DNA of 64,000 bases from Octopus sinensis (taxonomy: Eukaryota). Numbering within the stretch: the stretch's first letter is position 1; each line of letters starts with the position of its first letter. The position numbers and the translations under genes are program-made. This document shows, piece after piece, positions 1-12,710 of the stretch. Location of the stretch: positions 56,110,001 through 56,174,000 of the forward strand of contig NC_043007.1 of assembly GCF_006345805.1 (NCBI RefSeq), written 5' to 3'. Below the pieces are notes generated by a model. It was not told where the DNA came from and did no database searches. It worked only from the letters and a program-made list of their open reading frames with translations.

Positions 1-24
1 GCTAAAATAATTTTATAAAGAACA

Positions 25-68
25 TTTCAGTACCGGTTTCGGTCATTTTGAGACCTTTTCAACTGTAA
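25..68 (-). ncRNA. Minimal type I hammerhead ribozyme, U3:A8 core variant
   Basis: Minus strand reads TTACAG TTGAAAA GGTC-TCAAAAT-GACC GAAA CCGG TA CTGAAA: stem I, UUGANAA core, perfect stem II, GAAA, palindromic CCGG stem III and UA cleavage site. Confidence 0.75.
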
Positions 69-318
69 TGATTAAATAATTAAATTTAGAAAAATTAAAA
101 GAAAAGTTTTTTTAAAGGAATATTTGTATAGTGTTCAACTATAAGTAGCATTGTGCCTTTCTCTGTCTCCCTTGCTTGCACTTGTATGTTCGAGGCCGAA
201 CACACAAGTGCAAACAAGGGAGACAGAGAAAGGCACAATGCCGCTTATATTTGAACACTACAAATATTCCTTTAAAAAAACTTTTGTTTTAATTTTTCTA
301 AATTTAATTATTTAATCG

Positions 319-362
319 TTACAGTTGAAAAGGTCTCAAAATGACTGAAACCGGTACTGAAA
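319..362 (+). ncRNA. Minimal type I hammerhead ribozyme, U3:A8 core variant (mirror copy)
   Basis: TTACAG TTGAAAA GGTC-TCAAAAT-GACT GAAA CCGG TA CTGAAA; stem II closes with G.U. Confidence 0.72.
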
Positions 363-445
363 TGTTCTTTATAAAATTATTTTAGCATTTTCTATTTTGA
401 CTTGTTTTTTCATATATATCAACTCGTGTGTTCCTTTTCACCCTT

Positions 446-490
<45 letters not shown>

Positions 491-589
491 GTACAGGACA
501 TCACCAACGGGGGAAAATACGTAAAGACACGAGTGACTAGTACGGAATAAATAACAGAAGAAAACTCGCTCATCAGTTGTCAACTGTCT

Positions 590-645
590 TACTGACGCAT
601 TTCGTGCTTTTAACGTCAAAATAGGAAAACCTCATAAGACAGTAG
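590..645 (-). ncRNA. Degenerate hammerhead-like motif (Penelope-type terminal repeat remnant)
   Basis: Minus strand TACTGT CTTATGA GGTTTT...AAAAGCAC GAAA TGCG TC AGTA; core G5 is altered and stem III deviates from CGCG. Confidence 0.4.
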
Positions 646-1251
646 CATCCAGAAAATTTTAAAATGTAAAGCTTGTGGAAAATTAGGGCTTCGAACGAAT
701 AAACAACAACAGAGTGGATGTAGGAAGGAAACAATCAACGAAGACGAACATTATGGGCCGTTAGGCCAAGACGAACTCTAATGGGTAACGCCATAAAGGA
801 AATAGAATAAAGAGATGTAAAGAGTAGAAGAGAAAAATGTCGGGAGGCGAGAGAAACGACATCCAGCGCGGTGGCGGTCACGTTCAGTAAAGACATGGGT
901 GAGAGAAATGGCCTGTAGTCACGGTGAGAAAGAGACAGAGAGGAAGGGGACAAGAGAGAGGATAAGGAAAAGAAACTAAGGGATACAGAAGGGAGAAGAA
1001 ACAAAAGATATTAAGGAGTGGAAGAAAGACAGACAGAAGACAGCAAACAAGAAGGGGGAAATCGAGAAATATAAAGGATTATAGAGAGATAGAGAGAAAG
1101 AAAGAAAACAGAGTGTAGAGTCGTAGAAATTATATATACATGTAAGAACTTACAGTAGACAAGGCTGTGTGGCGTTCAATTATAAATAAATAAAAAATAG
1201 TTATTAAGTAGCGAGCACCACGAGTGAAAAATGCATAAACGCACGAGAGAC

Positions 1252-1254
<3 letters not shown>

Positions 1255-1338
<84 letters not shown>

Positions 1339-1640
1339 CTGTATATACATACATACATACATATATATACATGTATATATATATGCATGTCTATCTATCT
1401 ATCTGTATATATTCTTGTATGTATATATACATATATATAGAGAGAGAGAGGGGGAGAGAGACAGTGAGAGACACACAGAGAGAGATGGAGATAGATAGAT
1501 AGTTATATAGATAGATAACTAGATAAATAAACAAACAAATAAATAGACAGATAGATATAGAAAGAGATATGTATATGTATGAGAGAAAAACACACGCGCA
1601 TGCACGTACACATACACGCACACACGCACACACACCTACA
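1255..1640. repeat. Compound microsatellite field (CA)n/(TA)n/(TATC)n/(GA)n
   Basis: Directly visible simple repeats; they generate the spurious HT/YI/CV ORFs in the track. Confidence 0.95.
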
Positions 1641-3850
1641 CATATAATATTTTTAGCAAATAATAATTTCTCTCAGTAAAATTTCTTTGCTTTTATCGGC
1701 ACAGAATCTTGTTTGGTAATGAATCTCACTCTACCATAGGTTTTACTTCATATATATTTGTTCTGTTATGAACCTCATCCTTCATATGATTCTTATTTAT
1801 TCATTAATTCTTTATTTAACATTTTCCATTCAGTATTTACAAACGTTTTGCGTTTTCTTGCAATTTTTCTTCACATAATCCGTTCCCTCATTATATCTCT
1901 CATCTTCTCTTCTCTTTTCCACTATTTTCCTTTTTTTCTTTTACTTTTTTACTTCATTTTTCTTTATTTTCTTTCGGTCTTTCATTCATATTTTGTCGTT
2001 CTCTATTCTTGCTTTTGCTTTCATTTCTTAAACGTCTTTTTAAACTACATATTCATCTCCTATTTATCCCCCCCCCCCACGCGCCATCTTCTCAAACAGA
2101 TCTCAACTCATCTCATGGATCAGAAATAATGTCATCATTTGCCAGGATATTAATATTAATCCAGAGCTGCCTTTAATTTTTTTTCATTTTCTTTACATTT
2201 CGGAATTACAGCGGATTCAGTTTTTCCTTAAGAGGAATAATTTCTTGATAAAGCATTCTGTTCGAAACTGTAAATATTTCTGCTTCTTCCCAACACATTG
2301 ACAGACATAATTTTCCCTTCAGTTGTATAGATGCCTACCATCACCGCTCGTTCCTCTCATAGAATTAACATAAAATTACATTGCCGCAGTTTGCACAAGT
2401 GTATACAATAACGTCTACCAACCCTCTCCTACAATATACATGCCCTACATATTTTAATCCCTCACAAAATATATACAAGGGTAAATAAACACGAAATATA
2501 TTTTCTGTAATTTTGGATCAATGGAATTTTCTAACCAATAAATAATTCACTATTATATAGTGTGTGATGTAGTGTACGTTTTTGATTCATAACGCTACAA
2601 CTAGTGGTCCACAGATTTGCTGCTTCTTTCCTCTATCATTTCTTATCATTTCTATGTCGGCTGCAATAATCTCTGATCCTCTGGATCGCGAGATGCATAC
2701 CACATATATCCATATCCAATCCCACCGAATTGCTCCATTCAATCACCTCTACTCGTTGCGTCATCCCCATTATTTCGCCAAGCACCCTCGCATCCCTTTG
2801 TCCCAGCAGTCCACTACAGAGCTAAATCCCCCTTAATTTCGTCTCGCGCAAACGTTTTTCCTGCAGAATTCGGTTTTCAAAAGTTTGCGTCCACTGCAAC
2901 AGTACCGATAACATGAAATCTATTTTGTTAGGTCTTTTCTAACATTTGCATTTTCATGTGTCTTTTTCTGGATCTCCTTCATGACCGCATGTAAGAAATT
3001 ACCTCCATTTTCTGTTAGGTTCCTGTGTGCCAATTTTTGTCTAGTTCATTGGTCACACTGTCATTCTCAAGGTATGTGTTAACCGTCGTGGTTACTTATT
3101 TTTCAGACGGTGGCTTTCACACAGTTATCAACTTAGAAATCCATTTGATATTATCGCTGAAGGCTTTGACAGTGTGTTGACAAATGTCGTGAGGTCGTCA
3201 GGGGTTAGTCATTTTCCTTTTCTGTGTGTGGTACTTGCAACTCGTAACTGTTAGGTAGACTAGTAAGTTCTGACACTGTTTCTAGTGGCAACATGTGATA
3301 ATTAGACCTCATGAAAGATCCTGCTTCTTAAGTTGATTACTCTCGATGTTTCTGATCGATCCTGCACGGAATAGATTTAGAGCGGTCTTTCAAGTTTTCA
3401 TGTTCCCCGTGCTAATGTCGATGGTTGCTGGGTAGATTTTGTAGAGCTTGGAGCTCTTTTCTTATACAGGAGTTTGGAACACTGGCAAATGACTTATTGT
3501 GGTTAATCCTTACTTATAACATGTTCATCTTCTTTGATTTGACCTCTTACAAAATAGTGTTATTCATGAGTTGCTAATCCTTGCACCCATAGCTACTTTC
3601 TCAAACACCTTCTGCTTTTATGGCAACAGAAAGTTACACGTCCTCTTGATAATGATGTTGCATTTGAGTGGTAAACAGGTAATGAGTTTGTAACCCTCCT
3701 CCTCCTCTTTCCCTTCTCCTTTCTCTTCTCCTTCATCTTTTACTATTTTTGTTTCTATCGGAGTTGTTGCATTCTAGTAGCTTTATAATTATTTCTTAAA
3801 GTACAATCACTATGTCGACAGTTTATCAGTGGTTAATATATTATTACAGT

Positions 3851-3851
<1 letters not shown>

Positions 3852-3901
<50 letters not shown>

Positions 3902-3923
3902 AGAGAGAGAGAGAGAGAGTGAA

Positions 3924-3964
<41 letters not shown>

Positions 3965-3965
3965 G
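3852..3965. repeat. (GA)n microsatellite
   Basis: Direct sequence. Confidence 0.97.
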
Positions 3966-5373
3966 GAAACTGAAATATTCCAAAACGTAATTTCATGTTT
4001 TTCGTTATTGATCTTCGGACGATTAATCTGAGCGAAAGGAAATGACCCTTGAAAATGTTCGGTGCTATCAAATGTAATTTTTGTTAATACCGCCCAAATC
4101 TGTAATTGTTTCTCGGTAAATGAATTCTTAAGAGAGGCAGGATTCTCTAAGCACACTTGCATTGATTTTGAGAGTTACACTTTGGCTTTTAAGAGAACTT
4201 GCTTGATGGGTCTTCGCGATTGTGTTATTTGATCTCGCAGGTGCTGTTGTAATCTCAAAATTGCGTGAGTTCCAGAATTTATTATGTTTTTTATTTGTGA
4301 AAGAAAAGTCTCAGAAAATTCAAGATATCTTCTTGGTGACTTTTCGGTTGGGTGGCGGATTTAACCAGATAACCTTCCATTCACGTGACAAAACTTAATA
4401 AACAAGAACTAACCTTACAAGTGCTCTATAAACATTAAGCACAATATTGCTTGGCTGATCAAATGCCTATACCTCGAGTATGTGTGTAACGCTACGAATA
4501 ACAATGGCAATGAGCTAAATAACTAACTGCTTTTCAAATAATAATATCTATGCATTGAGTGCTCCTTTTCTTTCGTCTATGTATGAATGTATGTATGTAT
4601 TTATGTGTGTGTATGTATGTGTATATATGCATGTATGCGTGGGTGTGTTTCTATGTACAAATAAGCACGCACGCGCACACACACACACATACACACACAC
4701 ATTTATACATATATACGTATCACGTACACAAATATAAACACCAACTCACACATACATGCACACAAATATATTACTACGAGAAATAATGTACGCCATAAAT
4801 AATCTATCATCAGATGATTATTTTCCCGTTGAGTTAAGTATTAAGTTATTTGTATTGTTGTTTTGTTGTTATTGTTACTTTTTTTGTTTATTTTGGTTTG
4901 GTGGTGGAGTTGGTGTTAGTTTTATGTTTATTCTCGGTGCTTTAAACTTTCTCTTGTATATTGCATGCGAAATTTTAGCTTATTAAATTACATCAACGAT
5001 CTAAGCAGATTAATCTCAAACACTGCAATAGAAATAGTCTAGAAATTTGGATGAAAGCGGTAAAAATAAACGCACCCAGGCTCACAAACACATATACAAA
5101 CGCACGAAGACCTAGACGTACATACTTGGGCACATACAGTCACCGCGTACACAAATACTCACACAGGAACTGCCGTATCTTCATACAGCTACTCCTCCTT
5201 TTCATACATGCACACACACAGTATATATACATATATGTGTGTATGAGTGAAAATATATAAAGAAAACAGATATGCAAATTTTGTTTATTTCTTGATATTC
5301 ACACAGGATTTTACGCAAATGCATGTATTCACACACACACACACAAACGCAATCTCTCTCAATATCTATTTAT

Positions 5374-5435
<62 letters not shown>

Positions 5436-5437
<2 letters not shown>

Positions 5438-5468
5438 CGTAGGATTGGCTGTGTGGTAAGCTTGCTTA
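5436..5468 (+). mobile_element. 5' head of a tRNA-derived SINE (family A), split by an insertion
   Basis: ggcgtaggattggctgtgtggtaagcttgctta matches the heads of uninterrupted copies at 30481 (+) and about 37150 (-). The SINE resumes at 7521. Confidence 0.85.
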
Positions 5469-7522
5469 CTTCCGGTTACCCAGAATGCAACACTAGTTGG
5501 TATGGACTGTTACAGTGAGAAGATGTGAGTTTCGGCTCCGTGAATAGAAAAAAAGAACAAAAAGAAAAATTGTCAATTATGGCTCGCGAAATATTGTGTT
5601 CTTATCACCATAACGGTCAATTGAAAATTTTTGCTTGAAAATTCTTTTTGTAAATTCTGGTGGGCGTATCTCGCCAGAAAAAGTGGAATTTTTTCGAACT
5701 GGTATACTTCAAGAATAACCCAAGAATAAGTTTTTGAACTGGAAACTTCAAGAATGATTGGATTACTTGTTTGGAGTATTATACAAAAGATTCCCTGTAT
5801 GTGCTATTTGTGAGGATTTTGTTTTATTTTTCCCTTCTTCTATTTTTTCTTTCTTTCTAAATTTTGGTTCATTCTTTTCATTATTTTAATTTCAGTTTCC
5901 TTTCCTTCACTTTTATTTTGTTTTATTTTTATTCGGTTTAATTTTTTGGCAGACTATCTTTTGAACTACTTTTGAACTGTTTTTTGAACATGGCAGAGAA
6001 AGAACTTAAAAAGAACTCTGTCCTAGAGTGGGAAATTAACCTGCTTAAGCAGTGGTTAAAAGATATGGAGGAGAGGACGATGGTGCTTCAAACTTATTCT
6101 AAAGTTCTTGATTCCATCACCGTCTTCCCAAAACCAATCATAGAAAAGGAACTGAAAGACTATTTGTCCTCGGTGAAATACATATGCCGTGGTGTCAAAC
6201 ATGCAACCATATGGTTGCTGTTTGACAACGGGGAAAAGGCTCGCCAGTTTGCGAGTCAGCCTTTAGAAGGCAATGAAATTCTATTCCTCCCGTCGTATTG
6301 CGGGAGGAAATTAATAAGAGCCTGGGTATGTGGGTTACCCCCATTCACCGAAGTGGGTTGGATTGAAGATACCATCCGACGGGGACTGGGGAATAGCGGG
6401 CCCAGGCTCTTAAATGTAAGGGTATTGCCGGCGGTCGATTGGGAAGGGTTAAAAGCGATCTTGACCCTGTGGGCCCCAGCGGTCGCAACAGATCTGGTTT
6501 TTCCAGATTTAAAAAAAAAATTGCTGGCTGCAGGTATTCGGTGATACTTGAGGGATGCCTCCCCCCCCCCAAGTGCCACTCGTGCCTGCAGCCAGCCCAC
6601 ATTAAAAAGAACTGACCCCAGAACCATGGTACGGTCCTGGAACAGTCACTGGATGCAACCTTCCCTACCCAGTCAAAGGGAGAGGGGAATGTGGTCGAGG
6701 AGGCTTCAGCCTCTTCAACCCAAAAAGGATTAAAAAGGAAGAAGGCGGGCAACAATAGTTGCCCGCCGAAAGAACCTTCGAGAGGCTTCGGGAGGAGGGG
6801 GAGAGACTCCGGACAAAGCGGAAGAGCTCCACTCTCCCGAAGACAGAAATAAAAGAAAAAAGAAGAAAGAGTTATTGCAGGGGGAGTTGTGCCACCCACG
6901 GTGGAAGAAATGACCCCCACCCTTAAAGATGATGAATTAATTATCTTTTTCTACAAGGGCGGGAAGGTGGAAAAAATAATAGAACATAAAGAGACAGTAG
7001 ATATGCCCTTCACACGGGATCCCGAATGGCCTCCGCAGATAGCTGCGGAAGTCATAAGGTTTCCCTTGTTAGAAAGGCTTAAAGGATTTGGGGAGGAGTG
7101 TCGCATATGGCCAGGTGGCCCATACACGACTTACATGTCCTACATGAGTGAGGCATGGGAAATGGCGGGATACAGGAACTCAAGCGGCATTGAAGATAAT
7201 GATGAATATATCGATGGATATATCGAAGAGTAGGAGGTGAAAAGTCGTTAGAGGGTTTGAAACATCTTATTGTATTATTTGTAGTGGTTTATAACCTCGA
7301 TTGTGTGTTTAAAAAAACATGTTAAGTAAGAGGTTTTAGTGCCTCCTTCTTGTGAGAGGTTTGAAAGGAAAATATGTTTTCGAGAAAAATCCAATCGGCG
7401 GGTGTTGGGTTTCGTCTCTCATTTATTCATTTTATTTCATTTTCATTCATTAATGTGTTTGTCCAGCCCGCAAAGCTACACACTCTTTGTACTGTCTATA
7501 ATGACAAAGTTTATGAAATAAA
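5469..7522 (+). mobile_element. ORF1-only (gag-like) non-autonomous retroelement of L1/Tx1 type, HAL1-like architecture
   Basis: Begins cttccggtt, has a roughly 520-bp 5' UTR, a disrupted ORF1, a roughly 290-bp 3' UTR ending in AATAAA (7517-7522), and flanking TSD agcttgctta (5459-5468 / 7525-7534). No endonuclease or RT sequence is present. Confidence 0.75.
5990..7233 (+). pseudogene. Disrupted gag-like ORF1 with a CCHC zinc knuckle
   Basis: MAEKELKKN...KYICRGVKHATIWLLFDNGEKARQF...FLPSYCGRKLIRAWVCGLPP. Frameshifts fall at the A and C homopolymer runs (about 6510 and 6560). KCHSCLQPAHIKKN* at 6574-6615 is CX2CX4HX4C with the last Cys changed to TGA. The acidic C-terminus ends at 7233. Confidence 0.75.
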
Positions 7523-7899
7523 GTAGCTTGCTTAACAACCACATGGTTGCAGGTTCAGGCCCACAGCGTGGCACCTTGGGCAAATGTCTTCTACTATAGC
7601 CTCGGGCCGTTCAAAACCTTGTGAGTGGATTTGGTAGACGGAAACTGAAAGACGCCCGTCGTATATATGTATATATATATAAATGTAATTGCGTGTATAC
7701 GTTTGTGTGTCTGTGTTTGTCTCCCCAACATCTCTTGACAACCGATTCTGGTGTGTTTACGTCCCCGTAACTTAGCGGTTCGGCAAAAGATACAGATAGA
7801 ATAAGTACTAGGCTTACAAAGCATAAGTCCTGGGGACGATTGGCTCAACTAAAGGGGGTGCTCCAGCATGGCCACACTCAAATGACTGAAACAAGTAAA

Positions 7900-7900
<1 letters not shown>
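7521..7900 (+). mobile_element. Remainder of the tRNA-derived SINE (family A)
   Basis: aagtagcttgcttaacaaccacatggttgcaggttcaggccc (B-box-like)...ctccagcatggccacactcaaatgactgaaacaagtaaaa; colinear with the copies at 30481 and 36690. Confidence 0.88.
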
Positions 7901-7930
<30 letters not shown>

Positions 7931-8615
7931 ATGTATATATAATGCTGCATCTTTCCCCTCTCACACTCTCACTTATTCTGCTCTTTTGTTCTCTCTCTGT
8001 CTTTCTCTCTTTCCCCCTCTTTCCCTCTTTCAATACTTCCTCTTCCATACCATGTGAGTGGTGCCAGGAAAAAGCGGTGTCGTTCTTTTTTGCCTTATCT
8101 TTGACCAGACTGGTCACGCTCTTGCTACGTCTGTACTGTTCTCTAGGACTTGCTCTATTTTCTCTTTGTGCAACCCCACTCATTTCGTGCGACAGCTGCG
8201 AAGCCCTTTCTGTTGTATTTGTTGTATATGTATAATTAGTACTATCTTTCCTTCGATTTGCATATAGCCGTAAGGCTTCGTGATGTCATATATGCATAAT
8301 TCATTGTCGTATTTTTATAATGTCTTGTTTGTATTAATACAATGTCTTAGCACACAATCGATTACATTTTCTCAGTAGCTTAGTAAAAGTACTGGCGCCT
8401 GCAAAATTGAGCAGTATCAAAGTTAAGTGGCGTGAAACTGCTATCATATTTTGCGTCTTTCAGTGAAGAGGGAAACTCAGCTGCGAATATTCCGTGTATC
8501 GTGTCGTTTTCTAATTCTGTTTACTTTTCGTCTGTTTTCCCGTTTACTCTGCTTTCGTCTGACTGTTCGCCTTGTATTCTTTCTTTTCAACACTAGACAT
8601 ACACACACGTATATA

Positions 8616-8693
<78 letters not shown>

Positions 8694-8775
8694 TGGCTGT
8701 GTGATAAAAAGTTTGCATGCCAACCACATATATACACACATGCACACACATACACACGCATTTGTATACATATAT

Positions 8776-8819
<44 letters not shown>

Positions 8820-11614
8820 ATATATACACATATATATATATGATAGATAGATGATAGATATTAGTCATTCGTATGGATGCATTGGTAATTTATGTTACAG
8901 CAATAGAATATATCTTTATTACAGAGTTTTTTTCTTCTTTATTTATCGTTAGTACGGGCATGTGCGTGAATAAATCTTTATATGTATATGATGTGCATAC
9001 ATATACGTGATTATATGCATAAGTTCACACTCACAAAGAGAATATTTAGATTGTTTTACAAATTTGCGCGGCACCATAAACTGACTGGTTTTGGAGGGAA
9101 TATCCTTTTCTTCCTTGGAAAACACTTTCTTTGCATTTTATGAAATCTCCTGCAGCATAGCTCAGTGTACAGACAAAGTTAAGTATATGTAGCTTTGTAT
9201 ATCCATAGTACAAGAATGAAAAGGCCATACATTGTCAACGGTGTTACGGTCAGTACAGAACATTATTATTCTCGGCAGACACACAAATGCTAACCGCCAC
9301 AATATGCTATACGTTCTAGTTAAGATGGAGATTCGGTGGAGTTCTTACATGAATCAATTCAGATGCTTCGAGAAGTTCCACCATCATTACTTGTTGGTCC
9401 TCTTTACAGTTGGCTTTTGTTGTTTTAAGACATTTAGAGTGATTGATAGATTACATAACTTCACTGAGGAGGGCATGAAATTTTAGCGGGAATTATTAAC
9501 ATGTGGTCGTAAGTTTCGTAAAGATTAAAAGAAACATTTTCCAGAAATCAATATCTCCATTACTGTGTGCTATTTTTGTTGCCTTTGCCGTAAGCAGGAA
9601 GCCAAAACTAATGAATAAATTCTCATCTGATTATAGATATTCTCAATCATTATTTCTAAAATGAAAAGCTGGTTAATTTGATACAATCTGTTAGTATTTT
9701 AAACATTCTTTCAGAGTGAACTCCATTGTTCTTTGTGAACAATTTGTGAAGTACACTGGCATACAAGATATCTGCCAACGAAGTTGAATACATGAAATTC
9801 ATTATGTAGCGTCGAGAGAGAGTATATATTGTAATATATAAATATCGTATATGAAAATATAAAAATGTCGTGGCAATATCTGATGTAGCTAATGACCGAG
9901 GAACTGGTTATTATGGAACCTATGACGCTTTGCCAAGAAACTAGTGGATAACTCTGATATCTATTCCTCTACAGAAACACACACATACACATACATATGT
10001 GTGTGTTTTGGGTGTGTGTGTTTTGTGTGTGTGTGTGTGATGGTAAGTTACTTCCTTTCTTTCGCAGATGTACACTTTTTGCTGCAATGAAAACTTTCAC
10101 AAATGTTATAGCATACCAGTTTTAGAATATAATGTTAGAACCAATTTTCTTTTTTCTACAAATCTGTGTGCTCAGCTAAATTTCATAACACAGTAGTTTC
10201 AGACACTATTTCTCTTATTTTTATTACATAACGTCTTTTATGTATCAGTTTGTGATAACTTTTAAGTTTACGCTGAATAAGATGTCAGCTGCAATCAGCC
10301 TGCATAAAACAAAATATGCTCATTGTCAGTTATCCTTTCAACACCGTTCTCAGTCAGTTATCGCCTGTATTTTCAAGATGATGTTAACTTAGCACAAGTG
10401 TTCGAGTAGTGTTACTATTACCTGTTTTGTATATTGTTTATCATTGTTATTCACTAAACAAAAACATTATATTAAATGTGTTGTTATTATTGACTGAGTG
10501 CGCTGGTTTTGTCTCACCGGTTTTGTCTTTCTGTAATATTTTTTAATAGACGTTTTATGTTTAGTTGTACGGGGAATAGACCCAACAATTCCTCTGCGTC
10601 TCATAAATGACAACTAAAAGTGGTTGAGATAGAATTTGTACTGCAGTTTCGTAAAAACATTCATCAACAACAACTACTCAAAACAAACCTATGGGTTGTC
10701 GGGTTGTCGGCTGAGTAAATGCAATCGTGTCATCCAGCAGGAGTTGGGAATCGGAAACAAATGGTGGATACAGCGACGCACTGTTACAGCGCATGCCCCC
10801 ATATTACAAACAGTATTATCTCTGCTTGTAATTTTTTTGTAGGATTTCTTTAAACAGAAATTAATGATTGACTTCATACATCTCTTTTTTTTTTTACTGC
10901 TGGAACTGATTTCGTTTCAAATTCTCTTTCTCAACATCTCTACTTCCCTATTTTTCAAATATGATAATTTCTGAAATTCATTGAGAGGAATATTTTGTCA
11001 TCTCAATCCATTGACATATCTGTCAAGTGGTTTATTATCTCTGTTGGTTATTGCAAATAATGCTCCAGTAGTATGTAATTGACATTCCACCACTGTCAGC
11101 CGACATGCCATATCATACGACTACTGTGGCAGCAGCAGAAAATGTTTGTTCAGGGTTGAAGTGTATCGTGATTTTCTGCAGAATTTTTTTTAGTTTAAGT
11201 CATTAATTGTGATATCAGCATACGTATTCAGTTATGAAAAGGATTTCGCTTTCAGAATCAATATTATTGATTGTTTCGATTCAATCACCGCGTATTTTTA
11301 CAGCTGCTTCGTTATCTGTTTTTTTAAAAAAATCTTAGGAAGGTTGCTTATCTTTCATGATGAGCATCTATCAAAAATACCTTCCTATTCAAGGCTAAAC
11401 CCTACGTTCCTAAGTTTCTGGAGACCACTATGCAGTGATTTCTCGATCTCCTTTGCAAAACAGAATAATAAGAATCGCTTAGATAATTTAGCAAAATAAA
11501 TACACCCGTAAGAGATAGGCAAATATGAACCTATCGCTTTTATCACAGCAATTGCTGGTTTAAACTGACATAATAATATGGTATATATTTTATTTAATAC
11601 GGCAAATAAGAACT

Positions 11615-11752
<138 letters not shown>

Positions 11753-12044
11753 AGAGGAGAAATATGTTTGTCATTCTGGAGAGATGAATAAAATGACAGG
11801 AAAATTTTATCAAAAAACTGCTTGATGAAATATTTTTCTTTTCCCTTTTCTTTTTCTTTTCTTTTCCCCCATTCTTTCTTTTCCTTTTTGCCAGTTGTAA
11901 ACTTAAAAATTGAAGACTGATGTCAATCTATCAGCAACTCCAGTGTTCAACTAGTACTTATTTTATCGACCCCGAAATGATAAAAAGTAAAGTCGACCTC
12001 GGCGGAATTTGAACACAGAAAATAGAACGTACTACTACATCTCA

Positions 12045-12710
<666 letters not shown>

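Larger units (their letters stand above)
1..386. repeat. Long near-perfect palindrome (about 190-bp arms, centre near 193), probably head-to-head Penelope-type terminal repeats; may extend left of the window
   Basis: The start gctaaaataattttataaagaacatttcagtaccggtttc is the reverse complement of gaaaccggtactgaaatgttctttataaaattattttagc ending at 386; the arms match with scattered substitutions. Each arm carries an HHR motif. Confidence 0.93.

Noticed and set aside
2235-2280. TTGATAA...GAAACTGTA as a U3:A8 hammerhead
   Set aside because: No convincing stem I or stem II, and stem III is too short.
3833-4400. Minus-strand ORF-like stretch (MQVCLENPASLK...)
   Set aside because: No recognisable motif; possibly a decayed TE, but I cannot assign it.
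9000-11200. Possible decayed piggyBac-like transposase on the minus strand
   Set aside because: Only vague motif resemblance; no TIR, TTAA or catalytic residues could be supported.
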